Shown here piece by piece: positions 36,502-50,183 of a stretch of 64,000 bases of DNA. The position numbers were made by a program, and so were the translations under genes. Every line of letters begins with the position of its first letter. Position 1 is the stretch's first letter. The DNA is from Ascidiella aspersa (Eukaryota): contig OZ004610.1 of the NCBI GenBank assembly GCA_963924565.1, forward strand, positions 27,404,001 to 27,468,000. The letters are read 5' to 3'. A model generated the notes under the pieces. The model was not told the origin of the DNA. It did no database searches and saw nothing but the letters and a program-made list of their open reading frames with translations.

Positions 36502-39500
36502 TCAGTCAAAAAGCGACAGTTTTCCTCCGTTAGCAACCTGCCCGTTCGGTTCCTTTTCCGACGCCTGCTTAAAGTTGGCAATATCCTCCATCGTGATGTC
36601 GAATCCGCTCTCGTAGGTTCCACCGAGTTTCGGCTCGTTGTCCGAGTTCAGTTTCATGGCGCCGTCGTACTCGACCGAGTAGCGTGGCGCGTACGAGTCG
36701 GAATCAGGCTGACCCCTTCCGTACCCGTCCTCCATGCCGTGGTCGTAGAACTCGACTATCCCGGACGGGACTCGGTCGCTGGCCTCCGACTGCGACTCCT
36801 CGTTGATAGTTGCTAGGGCTGGATCAATGGGATGACGATCGTAGCGATCCGGGGAGGACCTGTCTTCAATCTCGTAGTTTTCTCCTTCGTAGTCTTCCGA
36901 AACCGGGAGCTGGTTGAGTTTGGCGTAGAGGTCATCCTCTTGGAAGTCGGCAGAGGAAGCTTCGACCTCGTCAATCGCATCCAGATGATCTTCTTTGTCG
37001 TGGTGATTTGATCCACGGAGGTCATCCTCGATAAGCTTCTTGTCGTCATCCTTGTAGTATCCAACTTCCACTTCTTCAACTCCGTTGGTTCCATAGTATT
37101 TTTCCGCATCTTTTTGAGCATAATCCCGGAGTCCCTCATCTTCGTTATCTTTGCCTGGTTGATACCCAAGGTCGTCTTTTAGTGCTTCATTTGTGTTTTT
37201 GATTTCCGTGTGGTCATACCCGTACCCCTGGTTATCATCGTCGTCATTTACTTGTCGTTGGTCATTCACAGTTATACCCTCTATTTTATTCTCTTCCCCC
37301 ATTTTTGCATCATCAAGAGGCAAATCCTCATGGATCAGGCTGCTTCGGCTCCCCGAGATCGTTGAAGAAGTCTCGCTTTCTGATGCATCTTTCTCCTCAT
37401 ATTTAAAAGCCGAGTACTCTTCCTTATTTTCATTTGGGCTGTCATCGTGTATCATCAGTTCTTCTTCGGTCCCAGAACTGCTCCTTGATCCTGCGTCCGA
37501 ATCCTGGTTTACACCGATTGTTCTCGGGACTCTTTCGAGTTCGATTTCCGTTGATGAGATTCGATTTGGCTTCGAAGGCTGATGAAGAATAGGTAATTGT
37601 TAATTTTTAAGTTGGATTTTTTTACTTATGCATTTTTGAGCAACATAGCCCGACCTTTTGTCGTAACTGATTACCTTCTTGAGATTTATTGAACTTATCA
37701 CTGTGTTTAATGTAATGTGACGACTTCAAAATTGTAGAGACCTATACTGCAGGTTATACACTCAACAAACGCGATACTAACAAAATTAACTATTAATAGA
37801 TAAAGTAAAACTTTAAATTTAATATAAGCCTAAATTTAGAATTTGTAGACTAGAAAAGTTTTAACAAATACCACGAACCTTTATTATAACAAAACGGATA
37901 TATAATTTGATAAATGTTGGTATTAAATTTCTATTTTATAACTAAAATTTATACCACCGATTTAAAGTATCTTGATCTCGCTGAGATATTTTAGACCAAA
38001 TAACCGAATGACAAAGTTTTGGTTTTAAACTTTTTGTTGTACACTACACATATATTTGTTCATTTTTGTCGCTTTTAGTTTTGTCATGTAAAATACTGTT
38101 CGCAGTACTATTTTATTATTTCTCGGTCGTATGATTTGAACCAAAAGCACTTGCAATTTGTGGATAATAATGTTAGCTTTGATACCAAACCACCAACAAA
38201 TTTTAGCGATAACGCACCTTGAAAGAGATAGGCCGACTCATCTCCCTTGACAACTTAAACCTCAGGGCCATGATCCCGTTGGGTCTGGATGCTAGCTCCC
38301 GGAGGCACTTCCACTTGTTCCTCCCCTCCAGGCACATTCCGCTGAAAGCAGGACTCGTGGCCGAGTTGACGGAGAACGTGGGAGAGTTGAGTCCGCTCGA
38401 ATCCAACATCCAGGGAGCGCAGAACAACACGCCTGTTGGAAAATCCAAGCTAATATTGAAGAAGGTGGCATTTTGAACGTTATAGTTTTCGTTCTAAATA
38501 CTACCTACTTATCTTTAATTAACCTACTAATTTCAGTTCATCTGCCCTAAGTTGAACCACATAGAAAGTTACCACAGGTTTTGCGCTACGACTTTTTTCT
38601 AACAATGCCGCCCCAATATTAAACACAATAAATACTCTATTTAGTTGTGCAGTCCTGTTTGAAAGTAGGCCTATACAATAACCAAAACCTCCAAATATGT
38701 AGCACAGTAAACTTTGCTCACCTGGCAATTCGACTGAGATGTCGAAATCGAAGTTGAACTTTTCCAAATCCAGTTCCGGTGTTTGTTCTGTATCATTGGT
38801 GGGAGTTATTTGCACCTACACAATCAAGAAGTTATATATGAAGAATCACAAAATAATTCCCAAATATTATTTTTTTAGTAAAGGGAGCAAATATCGACTT
38901 TTATTCAACGGTAAAACACCTACTAAATTCATTGTACCACTGATGCTGTGATAAATGATTTGTAAAATCGGGTATTGTAAATAACAAGATGTTATAAATT
39001 AAAGCAACAACTGGCGTGCTGTCTAGGTCAGTGGTTCTCAACCGCCGGTCCGCGTCCACATTCCTGTCGGCCCGCCAAATATATTACAATTTTATATCTG
39101 CAAAATTCAGGATGTTAAAGGCTTATCCATCAAATTTAACTTCCCCAGCTCCGTAATTTGCAGCTTTATGATGTAACATAGAGTTAATGGTCTACTTTGA
39201 ACTTTATCGTACGTCACAATGCAAGTGTTGTTCCCAACTGTTTAAATGTAGCTACAACAAGTTTAAGTCTTAAACTTTAAGACCAGTTGTGTGTGAAAGC
39301 TAAAAAGTGTTAGTTGCATACTGTTGCGTTATTAAATTTTGGGTTGATTTTGATTCTCAAAAGTCCACCGGTCCGCAAAATTTGTTTTAAAATTTTACCG
39401 GTCCGAATGCTAAAAAGGTTGAGAACCACTGGTCGAGAACCACTGGTCTAGGTTAAAATCAGTGATGAAGTATATTTTATATGTTTATATTGTGCGAGTA

Positions 39501-42500
39501 TAAATTAGAAGTTTTTTTGTGGTTTCTGCTGGACATTTCAGTTATGTCGAAATGACCATTTGAAGCATATTCCATTACCTCGAGTTTGGTTCCGTAGGGC
39601 ACCGACTGAGGGGGGATTACAATGTCGGAATCGTTGGGCAAGTGAATGACTCCGTCGCCACCAGAACCCTTCCATTGCTTGTTGAAGTCGTGTCGGTTAA
39701 ATCTACGAAAATACGCAATAATATCTCGTAAATTGGGCAACGACGTAATGTCCTCATTTTGCAGAGATTGTTCTATTTTAATATTATCATCTGAAGACAT
39801 TAAATCATTTAACCACAAATATGTGTTCTAATTTAAGAGTAAATCTGCAAACTGAGAAGGGACAATCGTAAAACTTGTCCCTTTTCGGATAATAAAAATG
39901 AAATCAATAAACATGACAAACGATTACTTGTAATGCGGTTTATATAATTTTACACAAACAAACCGTAGTTTTTCAGAAACAATCCATATAAGGCAATTAA
40001 ATGACAAATTTATAATTTAAGCATAATGGTTGGAGGTTGTAGTAAGACTTAATAAGAATATCAAAGCCCATACAGAAGTAGGTATCATTGATGTTGAAAA
40101 TGAATAAAAGAGTTATTCGAAACGTCCAAAAGAATACCTACTTCTGTATGGGCTTTGATATTCTTATTACGTCTTATAATTTAACGTTTGACATTTTTTT
40201 TAAATCCTCGTAATTCGCGTATTAAATTAGTCTAGAAAAATGATCACTCACGGTGAGTGCAACTATGAAGAAGGATTATTTATGTGCAGCATTGACCGTT
40301 CATTTTAGACTTATGCTTTTTTAAATACATTCAATAATTTCAGTAAAGTGTGCAATGTGTTGTTACCCGTCGACATCCGTGTTGTAATTGTTGAAAGGGT
40401 TTCCTCCGTAAAAACTGTTTCCTCCTTCTGAGAACATCGAGAGTCTCGAAGATGCGCGTGACGTCATATATTGTTGCGAGGCTTCGGAACGGATCGTTCT
40501 CTCTGTTTGCAAAAAAAAACACATCAAGGATAAGGTGGAAAATAGATGTTTTTAACTTTGATAAAGTTTTTAACTTTGATAAAGTATGTCGCAATTTACT
40601 GACAAGAACGGGTACAAAGTGTGGCTGTCTAAAATCATGGACGTGTTTAAACACATATTTATAGTGAACTGGTATCGTACTTAACAAACACACGTAATAA
40701 GGGGAACAAATTTAGATTATTAGTGTTTAATTATGAAGAAAACTAGAAATATTTTACTTAAAACAGGGCCCTGTACAATGTTAAAATAGTTTGACAATTT
40801 TTAATTTTTTCTTAATAAAATCTCCATTACTAATTCGTGTTTGAATTAACATTGAACTAAAAAACAATTCCTGACAGGTAGAACATGACAGCCAAGTCCA
40901 CGATGTTACGTATTTTTGCTAAATGCATAGCAGTTGTATTTGATGGGCAAAACAACGCAGCACATTGCCTATTACATTGGTAACAAACAGCATTCGCCGT
41001 ATTTAACGATCAGTATATCGAGTTTCAAATCTAATTAGAGCACAGCGCCGAATGTTCCGGTAGCACTCTTATACCTTCAAGCTGTTTTTCCTCCCATAAC
41101 AGAATACCCCTGATCTCTTCAGTGGCAGCAACATCACTCGGTTTTCGTCCCTCCTTGTCACGTAAGCGAACCTGGAGAAAGGCTTGCTTTAGTGTCGTGT
41201 TGACAATTTCGAAGCACCCATAAACTTGGACTAAATCGCTCCCTAGAGTCGTTATTGCGCTGCGTCATTTTAGGGTGGAACAAACCGCATTCCATATTTG
41301 CCAAGTGCAAACGGAGAACGGCTACACGGGGCCACCTTTTTAGAATTGGATAGAATAATATACATATAGACAGAGATCCAATATTGTAATGACTTAAAAG
41401 TGCAGTTAAGTCACTGTTTTCAAATGACGTTTTAAAAATGACTGCTTACTATGTGTTGCACTTTAGGTACGTTATTGCTCGTAATTGTATAGTTACTAAT
41501 TTTAGAAGTTTGACGTTTAATGTTTATAACAAGGACTTGACTTGCTATAATTATGACTGACTCTGACATCACGATTTATTGAAAACGACTTGGACTTGAG
41601 TTAGTTAACAAATGACATGACTGGGTCTTAAGTTTTCAAAATGACTGCTTTACAACACTGCAGAGTTCTAAGAGGATAACAGTTCGCCACTTCACTCATA
41701 AACATTTAGTACCATACCCTGATTTTGTGACTCGGGGAATGACAGACTGGGTTTCTAGTGCAAACGATTAGTGTGTTAATCGTACCTCGATTACTTCGAT
41801 TACAACGGCCTTACCTTAGCGTGAAACTTTAAAAGAAGAAGAACGGATTTGTTTCCCGACCTAGAAGCAACGTGCAAGGCCGTTTCACCTGCAAAAACAC
41901 AATTTGTTAAATTTTATGACGCGCCACCGTGAACGGTAATCCGGTCCCACACAGTACAAACACCCGATCCGACTAACTGCTTAATTGGAAGCCTTCAAGT
42001 CGGGTTAAAATATTACTTATTCATCCTTTAAGCCGATAATTAAATATCTGCTAATCGACTTATTTAGATGATAAGGCCTAATGCGATCCTTTAATTATTC
42101 TCGACTTACTTGTGCTTATTTATTCGGCAATAAGGTAATGTTGCTCATGCATGGACACGAGTGTAAATTTGATGTTTCATGCGCAGTAAAAATAACGCAT
42201 CACATAAAGTGATTTGTTTTATAGCCTACACTCCTTATATTACGTCCATGCTTAAAACAAACGGAATGTTTCTTCATTGGTATATTTGAACACATTAACA
42301 CTGCAAGGTCAAGCAAAATCAAAAAGTATGTCACATATACTAGGCCTATATCGGCAGCGAAATCTTCATCCGTTACTTTAGAAAAAAATAACAGTACCTT
42401 TTTCGTTCTTCAAATTGGGGTTTCCCCCGAACCGCAGCAGTATGCCGGGGATCATGGGGTCGACCCCCCTGAAAGCGGCGCACAAGTGGAGTGCGGTGTC

Positions 42501-45500
42501 CCCCTCGAAATCGGGGATATTCGGGTCGGAGTCGGCAAGCAGAAGTGCCTCGATTATTTTCAGGTCGCTGCCGCCTTTTATTGCACTGCACAGAAACGCG
42601 ATTTAAATTAGGCCATATAACTTTTGTAGTAAAAAAAGTGAATCAAGAGAATGATTAGGTTTAAATTTTAAATACTAAAAGAAATGCAATAAATAGTCAT
42701 TAAAATTCATGCTAGAGATGTCCCATATTTCGTATTTTATCGTTTTACCTATACCCGATATTTTGTACTATAGGCCTACAAGCGACCGTGCAAAATTTCA
42801 TCAAATTGAAAACTTGTAAATGCTTTAGGGTTGTTAAGCAAAACAATGCTTTATAACGGGGAAACTTAGTTATCTTTATTGTATTAGATTTCATGAAACC
42901 GCCCAGTTAGATTGCGATGACTGAAATGCTTAAATTAACTATAGTTATCGGGTAAGCCACCCTACAGTTTAAGACGTTCGTACGAGTACCGCAATCCACT
43001 TGATTTCGGGTATCAAATATTATCGGAAATCCCCAATTCATACTATGACTTTTAGAAGGAAACGTTGAATGACTTAATATACTGGTGAATAAATAACGGT
43101 AACCAGTATAGAACAGCCACAAAAAGTCATATAATAGACACTATATTTTTTAGCTTAAATACACTGTGAGGACTAATGCAACACGTGGCGTCAATAAAAG
43201 TCAAAATGTATATATTTTTAAAATGTAATGGAGTTGCATTCGGGTTCTTTAAAAATGGTACAACAAGTTTTCTTAGTTTAGTGCATTAATTTTTAACGAA
43301 AACTTAAAAGTAAGAAACGTTCGTTTTCTGTATGCTAAGCGATGCTGGATGGTACCTGTGAAGAGCGGTTTGCCCTCTGCTGTTCTGGATCTTACAGTTG
43401 GGACCGGCATGTAATAAAGTCTGTACAACCCCTACGTTGTTGTAATAACCGGCGGCGAGGTGCAGTGCTGTGTTACCATCCTCGTCCGTGGCATCTGCAC
43501 AGAAACAAGCATTATTATACAGGGTGGGCCAAAAGTAGACTTACAGTTATTCCACAGCGTTGGCTTGGAAGAAGAGGTAGCATTAAATGGCCACGACGCT
43601 CACCTGACCTGACACCAGTGGATTTCTTTTTGGGGGGTGTTATAAAGAACAAGGTGTATGAGAAGAACCCCAAAACAATAAATTTACTTTTAGACCCAAC
43701 CCCTACTTTTTATAACTGTAAGCCTACTTTTTGCCCACTCTGTATATAATAGGTGGATAATGTTAACTTTATTACCTCTCAGAATGGAACGTTTTTGCCG
43801 ATGCTGAGGTCTAAACTTTGCTATATAACTGGGTAGGCAGGCGTTTTATCTTGAAAGCAAGTAGTGTGCCGGCGACGGCCGTTCGTTAATTTTTTTTTAC
43901 ATTTGATCTGTTTATCATTCCTAAATTCTACAAAATCTACGAAACACATATAGAGTAAATAATACGAATCGCAACAAAATTTAGGATATATCTTTAAGGG
44001 AGTAAACGGCCAAACATAAAAGTTGATTAACTAGGTTTTATAAGACGAAAAATCGCTTACATCAACGATCATATACGTTAGGTAAAACTCGACTCAACGT
44101 TAGTAGAAAGTATTTTTGATACAAGGTTGTCGGTGATCGTCGGTGGTCATAATAACATCACTACCAAAGCCTAATAGGTCGAGCTTTTTAACATTGTTTT
44201 TGTATGTAGGTTTGGATACATAGTTGTATTATAACTGATAAATACAAGTACGTATTGAAACGTTTTTTTTAAGATCACTTCGACTTACTCGAGGCTTTGG
44301 TATTCAGTTTTAAAGTGGTCGTTTTTTTCAAGACAAGACACTTGAAAACAAGCTTGTTACTCAAAGCATGTTGTTGTTTTCTGTAACACTGCTTTTTCAA
44401 ATGTCGATATAACAAACTTGCATCTAATCTAAACTGTTGACATCGGTTTATATTTTCCCGGGTTATATCCTGATCCTGAGGTCCGGAGTTTAATTTTACG
44501 CATATAAACTGACGGGTATTTTAGATTGCTCAGATTTTAGAATACTCAGGGGTCAGCAAACTTTTTTATAAAGAGCCGGTTAACTGTAAGGCCTGGCGAT
44601 TGCGGGCCGGATAATTTTTCGTGTCAAGCTTTATTAACTTAATTATCGTTAAACGAATGGAATTACAACCGCAAAAATTCCAACTTATTTTATTTTTATC
44701 AAGAAAAAGGGTAGCGGACCGGCAGAGTTTTTTTTAAGGTTTGGTTTGGGTGACCGCTAAGTAGTTTTAAGAGACCGCAAGGGTTTCATTTAAATACCAA
44801 AAAGTTGCAAGTCCAAAATTTGGGAAACCGCTGGAGAAATTTGGGGGACCGTTTTTTCAAAACACCTTAAAAAAACACTGCGGACCGGTGGAATTAACTC
44901 TACGGGCATTCTTACATGATATTACGACGAGGCAATCTGTGACGTCATTTATGAAAAATCCAAAGCCCCCAACAAATCCCTGAACCCGCCTTTGTCATAA
45001 CATAACCAATATTTCGCCTTTTTTACTCTTTTTTTTATGTTTGTGTTATTCGAAACGTACAAAAACGCTGCCCCGAACTTTGATATTCTTACTACTTCAA
45101 ACTACAACCTCCAGCCATTATCTTAAGATTTATTCGAAACTTAAAAAAATGCTGCCTAGGGCCCTAAGCTACTTCTGTATGAACTTCGATATTCTTACTA
45201 AGTCAAAACTGTGGCGCACGCTGGCCATAGTTTGGCGACCCCGGTTTAGCTTCAAACGTAAATCTGACTAGGACAACAAACAAAATCCTCCATTCACTCA
45301 CCGACGTCCTTCACGTAATCCAGCAGCTTGGTTAGCACGTCCACGTTGTTCTTGGTCTTGGCCGCCTGATGGAGCGACGTGCGCGACTTACGACCCCCCT
45401 GGGACAGGGGTCGGTTGGGGTTAGCCCCCTCTTTCAGCAGGTTACCCACTTCGGTCGCCTTCCCCTCCTCGGCCGCGTCGCTAAGCGCCTCATCGCGCTG

Positions 45501-45524
45501 TTCCTCGCTTATCTTGTTGCCCAT
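36502..45524 (-). CDS. Ankyrin-repeat protein, about 788 aa, with N-terminal MGNKIS, a ZU5-like middle segment and a long acidic tail. Exons (minus strand): 45524-45302, 43494-43356, 42585-42398, 41888-41815, 41171-41075, 40502-40367, 39702-39579, 38815-38722, 38432-38218, 37578-36502
   Basis: Repeated ankyrin motifs: RTSLHQAA, DEDGNTALHLAA, NSRGQTALHSA, DFEGDTALHLCA, NEKGETALHVAS, DKEGRKPSDVA. Ten exons join in frame (2367 nt) with GT-AG boundaries, and the last exon contains the 317-aa D/E-rich ORF. The C-terminal exons are assigned by phase consistency only. Confidence 0.85.
39029..39445. mobile_element. hAT-type MITE with a 14-bp duplication of its right end
   Basis: TIRs cagtggttctcaacc / ggttgagaaccactg; TSD gtctaggt; gagaaccactggtc occurs twice in tandem. 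Confidence 0.9.
40021..40173 (+). mobile_element. Fold-back element with a U3-A8 variant minimal hammerhead core (family C, copy 2)
   Basis: Near-identical to the 21471 copy; the core ends GAAACGTC. Flanked by the direct repeat ttataatttaa at 40010-40020 and 40174-40184. Confidence 0.7.
41379..41660. mobile_element. MITE of the GACTT-repeat family (relatives at about 21050-21190, 22220-22515 and 48465-48915)
   Basis: TIRs caatattgtaa / ttacaacactg; TSD cagagatc / cagagttc; internal (GACTT)n motifs. Confidence 0.75.
43520..43742 (+). mobile_element. Internally deleted Tc1/mariner-superfamily element
   Basis: About 31-bp TIRs cagggtgggccaaaagtagacttacagttat / ataactgtaagcctactttttgcccactctg with TA flanks. 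The internal fragment encodes RWLGRRGSIKWPRRSPDLTPVDFFLGGVIKNKVY, the transposase SPDL motif. Confidence 0.9.
44723..44880. mobile_element. hAT-type MITE, same family as 11059-11219, nested in another MITE starting at 44548
   Basis: Near-identical internal sequence; TSD cggaccgg. Confidence 0.9.
45046..45204 (+). mobile_element. Two tandem truncated family C fragments
   Basis: gttattcGAAACGTAcaaaa...tttgatattcttact...actacaacctccagccattat, followed by ttattcGAAAC...ctacttctgtatg..gatattcttactaagtc. Confidence 0.6.
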
Positions 45525-47359
45525 CTTTTATCTTTTCAGGGTTCGGGTCGTTTCAAAAACGCGCCTACTGCACATGACGCCGTGAAAATCTGCGGCGTGA
45601 AACAATGTTTTTTTTTTATCAAGGTATAATCGCGTTGTTTTTTTGCGGTACAATGACTGACTCGGCGCCTCGGGTTATTGAACTTTTGAGTTCACATATT
45701 TGGCCATGGTAGGCCACATTTAGCTCGCATAGTATTTTTATACGAACAATAATAATTAATAATTTAACCAAGCGTAATGATTTGTTATCAATTGGGTGGT
45801 TTAAAATAAATATTAACTTCTTACGATGAACGTTATATATTAAAAAGCATTCAAAGATCCTCCCAAATCTGCTTCAGAAATATAAATATAATATAAAAAG
45901 CTTTCAGGAATATATAATATATTTTTGTTCAATAAAAGGATGTCGGACTTTGTGTGGTCCATTTGCTTATTTCGTTTTAAAAAAAGGTCCCGGCCCCGGG
46001 CTATTGCATATTTGGGTGTATATATATTCCGGTTTACTAAGTCAAATTGAAAAGGTAAAACATTTCTATGAGAACTGGAAAATTTCCAACATAACATCAG
46101 CAAGACAATACAATGAAATATCATAATATTCGGAACATTCACAACACGTAATAACGAAACAAGTTTAATCCAATCAAGTTGTGTTTTAAAAGGTTTACTC
46201 ATACCGTTTCTAATTGTCGCATGTCACACTATAACGTCAGTAGCCTACGTCACGTTTAAGTATTTACCGTACACTTTTCCAGTTTTAAAGTTTATTAAAA
46301 AAATTATGGGCTGAAAACTGGGGCACAGGTCAGCTATTTCGATTATGACGCTTCATTACTGATTTAAACGACAGGAGTCATTCTTGAATTCTGAAGCGAT
46401 TTTTGTTTGTCAATCGTCTCGCTGTCCGACTACCACTCGCTAATCTGGGTCATAAAATATATTGAAAACTCATATTGAGAAGTAACAGGCATAAGTCTCG
46501 TTATTAGAAAGCAGTGCTGCGGCCTTGAAAGCTGCATATATGTGCAGGCTAAAAAACTGTCTGAATCGCAAAAACTGCTTAAACTTTTGACCTGAAATGA
46601 ACATTGTTAAGGTTTGAATTTCACGATTTGGACATGAATGTACTGTTTCCCAATAAAATTTCACTTGTTCCAGACGAAACTTATACATATCATTCAAAAC
46701 TGGATTGACCATCAGGCAAATCCTTTCATTAAAGTTTTACAGCGAATTTCGCTCCCTTGACAAAGATTATTAAAGCAACACGACATTCTGTTGAAATTCT
46801 AAGTTTTAATTTTATACATTGCTATTGAAATACGATTTCTTGACTTCTTATCCCCCTTAACACAGCTTTGGCGAAATGAGTTTCCCCATATCCGTTGAGG
46901 TTATACTCAAGGTATATGGGTTGTCACGCGCTGACTGTGAAAAGGAAATGAAACTAATTGCGTCGTAAAGTATTTAACCGTTGCCGCCGTTTCACGCCGG
47001 GTTCACAAGAAAGCACTTTCTCTTTTACAGGATTAACGTAACTTTCAAAAACGTCGTACGACTTTGACGCACGGACGCGTTTATCAACAAGACGAATCAG
47101 AAATATTTAGAATCAATCGAGGCACGAAAGCGTTAACCAACGCAAAACAATTTGGAACTTGGAAGGTGTTGTTGACTTTTACGTCTGAGTTAAAAGGCGT
47201 TAAAAGCCTACCGTCTTGGTAGTTTAATTTTCCAACTTTCTATTCTCTTTTTAAGAATGTGCGACATTTATATCGTTACTTCATTTTGTCAAAAATAGCG
47301 GTCTGTACAGCTGTCAGCGCAATATGGTTCCTCATATGACTACAAAAAAACACTTGAGG

Positions 47360-47775
47360 AGTCCTGTTTTTGCCGTGATATATCAGTTCGCTAAACTCAA
47401 CAGCGCTAATACCTATTTGCGGACATAAAAAAACAAAGCTTTCTGGAAACGAAAATTTTCTTTTGGCACCATTCGAGTGTAGACTCTTTTAGCCTTCCTG
47501 ATCTGTTTACATACAGCCCCATGTGAATTCCTGTTTTCGCTATAAGCCTGTCTTCGGTTCGCCAAACTCAACAGCGCTAATACCCAATTGCGGCCATAAA
47601 AACAATGCTTTCTTGAAACAATCACTGTCTACTGGCAAGTGTTGTGTTTATCTTATTTTAGCCTTTCTGATCTGTTGTCAAGAAAACCACGTTTTAAATC
47701 CTGTTTTCGCCATAGGCCTGCCTTCGGTTCGCCAAACTCAACAGCGCTAATACCCAATCGCGACCATAAAAATCC
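47360..47775. repeat. About 170-bp tandem repeat, roughly 2.5 units
   Basis: tcctgtttt..gttcgccaaactcaacagcgctaatacc..cataaaa recurs near 47362, 47529 and 47699. Confidence 0.8.
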
Positions 47776-48579
47776 AGCGTCTTGTGGAAAGAAAAATTGT
47801 CTCCCGGCATGCCTGTGGCAAAACGCAAATAAACGAGGCGCTTTGGAGAGAGCCTGGCTAAGTTTGACTAGGAGGTGTGGTTATATTTCGCTCTTCTACG
47901 CTAAGTACACATGAATAGAAGGAATTGGTACAGGTGCGAGCCTATCTGAGCTGCTCATGGGTTTATAGCCGTAAACCTAACCCAGAAACAATTACTAAAT
48001 CCCCTTAACTCGTTAAGACAGTAGCAAAGTTTTAGCACGCAGCTTTAATGATAGTAACGTGTTTCATTTTTGTTTTGTATCTCACCAATTACAAAAACAT
48101 AACAAATAATTGCGCATGTGCTGCGATGTCCACTAACACTGCCTTAAGCACAACTTACTCTAAATTTTACTCTTGTCTTTTGCCAATGAATTACTTACTA
48201 TTCGTCATATTGAAATCTGATTTGATTTTGAGAGATTTACGTGTAAAAGTAGTAACATTTTTTTTTAACCGCGTCTACTGTTTTAGGAGTTAAACCTTTT
48301 CGACTACTATTGAATGGAATAAAGCCGACACAGTCGAAGTTAATCAGGTTGTCAATGACATTTCTTGGCCTAAATCTCATTAGTCTAATTTACAGACAAC
48401 GTTCCTACCAACTTTTTTTACAAACAACCCTTCATCGTTCCAGTGAAAAGACCACATTCCAACCCAAGTCATTTGTCCGAAAGACTTAAGTCATGGCAAG
48501 TCGTTTGTCCAAAAACTTTAGTTAAGGCAAGTCAGTTTACCAAATATATATTAAGTCAAGTTAAGTCATTACCTTAAGT

Positions 48580-48898
48580 CAGGGGTTCTTAAACTGGGGT
48601 CCATGGACCACTTGGTGGTACGTGAACTAGTTTTAGGGGGTCCACGAAGGCCTAATTAAAATATTAGTGTATGTATTCAAAAAATAAACAATTTTTTAAT
48701 GAAAAAGGTTTAATTAAAAATATAACGTATTTGAACTGTGTATATTTAGAGATCATTTCACTTCTACATATTTTTAACGAAAACAGTACACTTCTAAAGT
48801 TATTTGTTATTTCTCTCAAAGCTTCTTGCCTGTCCTGGTCCACGAGTAGCAAATAATTTTTTAAGGGGTCTGCGGTTAAAAAAAAATAAGAACCTCTG
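48580..48898. mobile_element. hAT-type MITE nested in a GACTT-family element
   Basis: TIRs caggggttctta / taagaacctctg; TSD ccttaagt / ccttaaat. Confidence 0.8.
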
Positions 48899-49014
48899 CC
48901 TTAAATCATTACAACAATGATTCGCTCAACTCCTTTGGCACACATTACCGAACAATGCCGAAATATTCTAAACGCGTTGAGAACAAAAACGCCGATTTTT
49001 AGGTTCCTTTACAT

Positions 49015-49876
49015 CAGCGGTTCCCAAACTTTTCTAAACATTTTGCCTGGCGGACCCGTTGCAATTATTTTGATATTTCGCGGCCCTATCAAATTTAAAA
49101 GGTCAGTTGACCCATATTTATTGTAATACACTAGAGCAGTCACAATTCTTTCTAATGTAACAACCTTCTAACTCAGGGTGGTCCACGGTTGACTGCATCG
49201 CGGGCCACAATATTTCTTGCATGTTCTTTGCGAGCCACATAAAGTAGGCTAAATGCGTACCAGGAGCGGATCAACGTTTTTCGTTTGGTCGAGGCATGAA
49301 ATGTTTAAAGATAACCTCACAAAGTAATATCGAAAGACAGATACGCCCCAGAAACTTGCTTCTTTCGTCGAACTTGTGCGCAAACAAAATGGAATGTTAT
49401 GAGACCGGGAAAACTGGTGTGCGCGAAGCGCGAAAAATTTGCGTATTTGACAAAAAAATTAATTAGAAGACTGCATTTTATAAGCGTGTAATGTTCGCGT
49501 AAAAGAGATGTTGCATACTCCCCAATCGCTAAATTACAAAGACGTTATCATTTCGCGCAAAAAGGTTTAATTAACCAGATCAATTTGGCTGAAATTGCAA
49601 CTGGGTTTGGACCACCTGTTCTAACTAATACAAACGATTCGCTGATAGCAGGTAGTATAGCATAATAGATGCTTTATGATGTCACAATAGACATCATAAA
49701 ACACGCTCTGATTGAATAATAAAGCATAACTAAAGACAACAAAGATGACAGATAATGTTTAATACATAGTCAAAGACTAATGTTTAAAAACATAAAAGAC
49801 TAATTCTCCTTGTTGACCCTCTGAAACTGCTGTACGGACAACATTTGGTCCGCGGACCCCAGGTTGGGAACCGCTG
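49015..49876. mobile_element. hAT-type MITE containing a nested hAT-type MITE (49174-49618)
   Basis: Outer TIRs cagcggttcccaa / ttgggaaccgctg with TSD ctttacat / cgttacat. Inner TIRs cagggtggtcca / tggaccacctg with TSD ttctaact. Confidence 0.85.
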
Positions 49877-50116
49877 CGTTACATAATCGAGTAAGCAGAA
49901 TAACTTATAGTGCACCAAAACATACGAAGCAAACATCTTATCACGTTGCATTTTTTCAAATTCTAAACATTCGCCAGTACAAAAGCGCAATGTGCAGTAT
50001 TGCCAATTGGCAATTACAGTCAGTGTGAGGAAACGTCAATCAAACAACATATTTTCCAGTCCTATGTAAGCAGATGATTTAATTTGACCTAGGTCAATTG
50101 CAAATAATACTGCAAC

Positions 50117-50120
<4 letters not shown>

Positions 50121-50168
<48 letters not shown>

Positions 50169-50183
50169 ATATATATATATATA
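50121..50183. repeat. Compound (CT)n(AT)n microsatellite
   Basis: Directly visible. Confidence 0.95.

Noticed and set aside
36469-37582. Plus-strand and alternative-frame ORFs overlapping the acidic exon; likewise 52535-52951 and 60545-60973
   Set aside because: These are shadow ORFs of real coding exons.
43342-43749. 135-aa ORF as an active transposase
   Set aside because: Only about 40 codons are transposase-derived, within a 223-bp deleted element.
47360-47775. Regularly spaced repeats as a possible CRISPR-like array
   Set aside because: The intervening sequences are also homologous, the context is eukaryotic and there are no cas genes; it is an ordinary tandem repeat.
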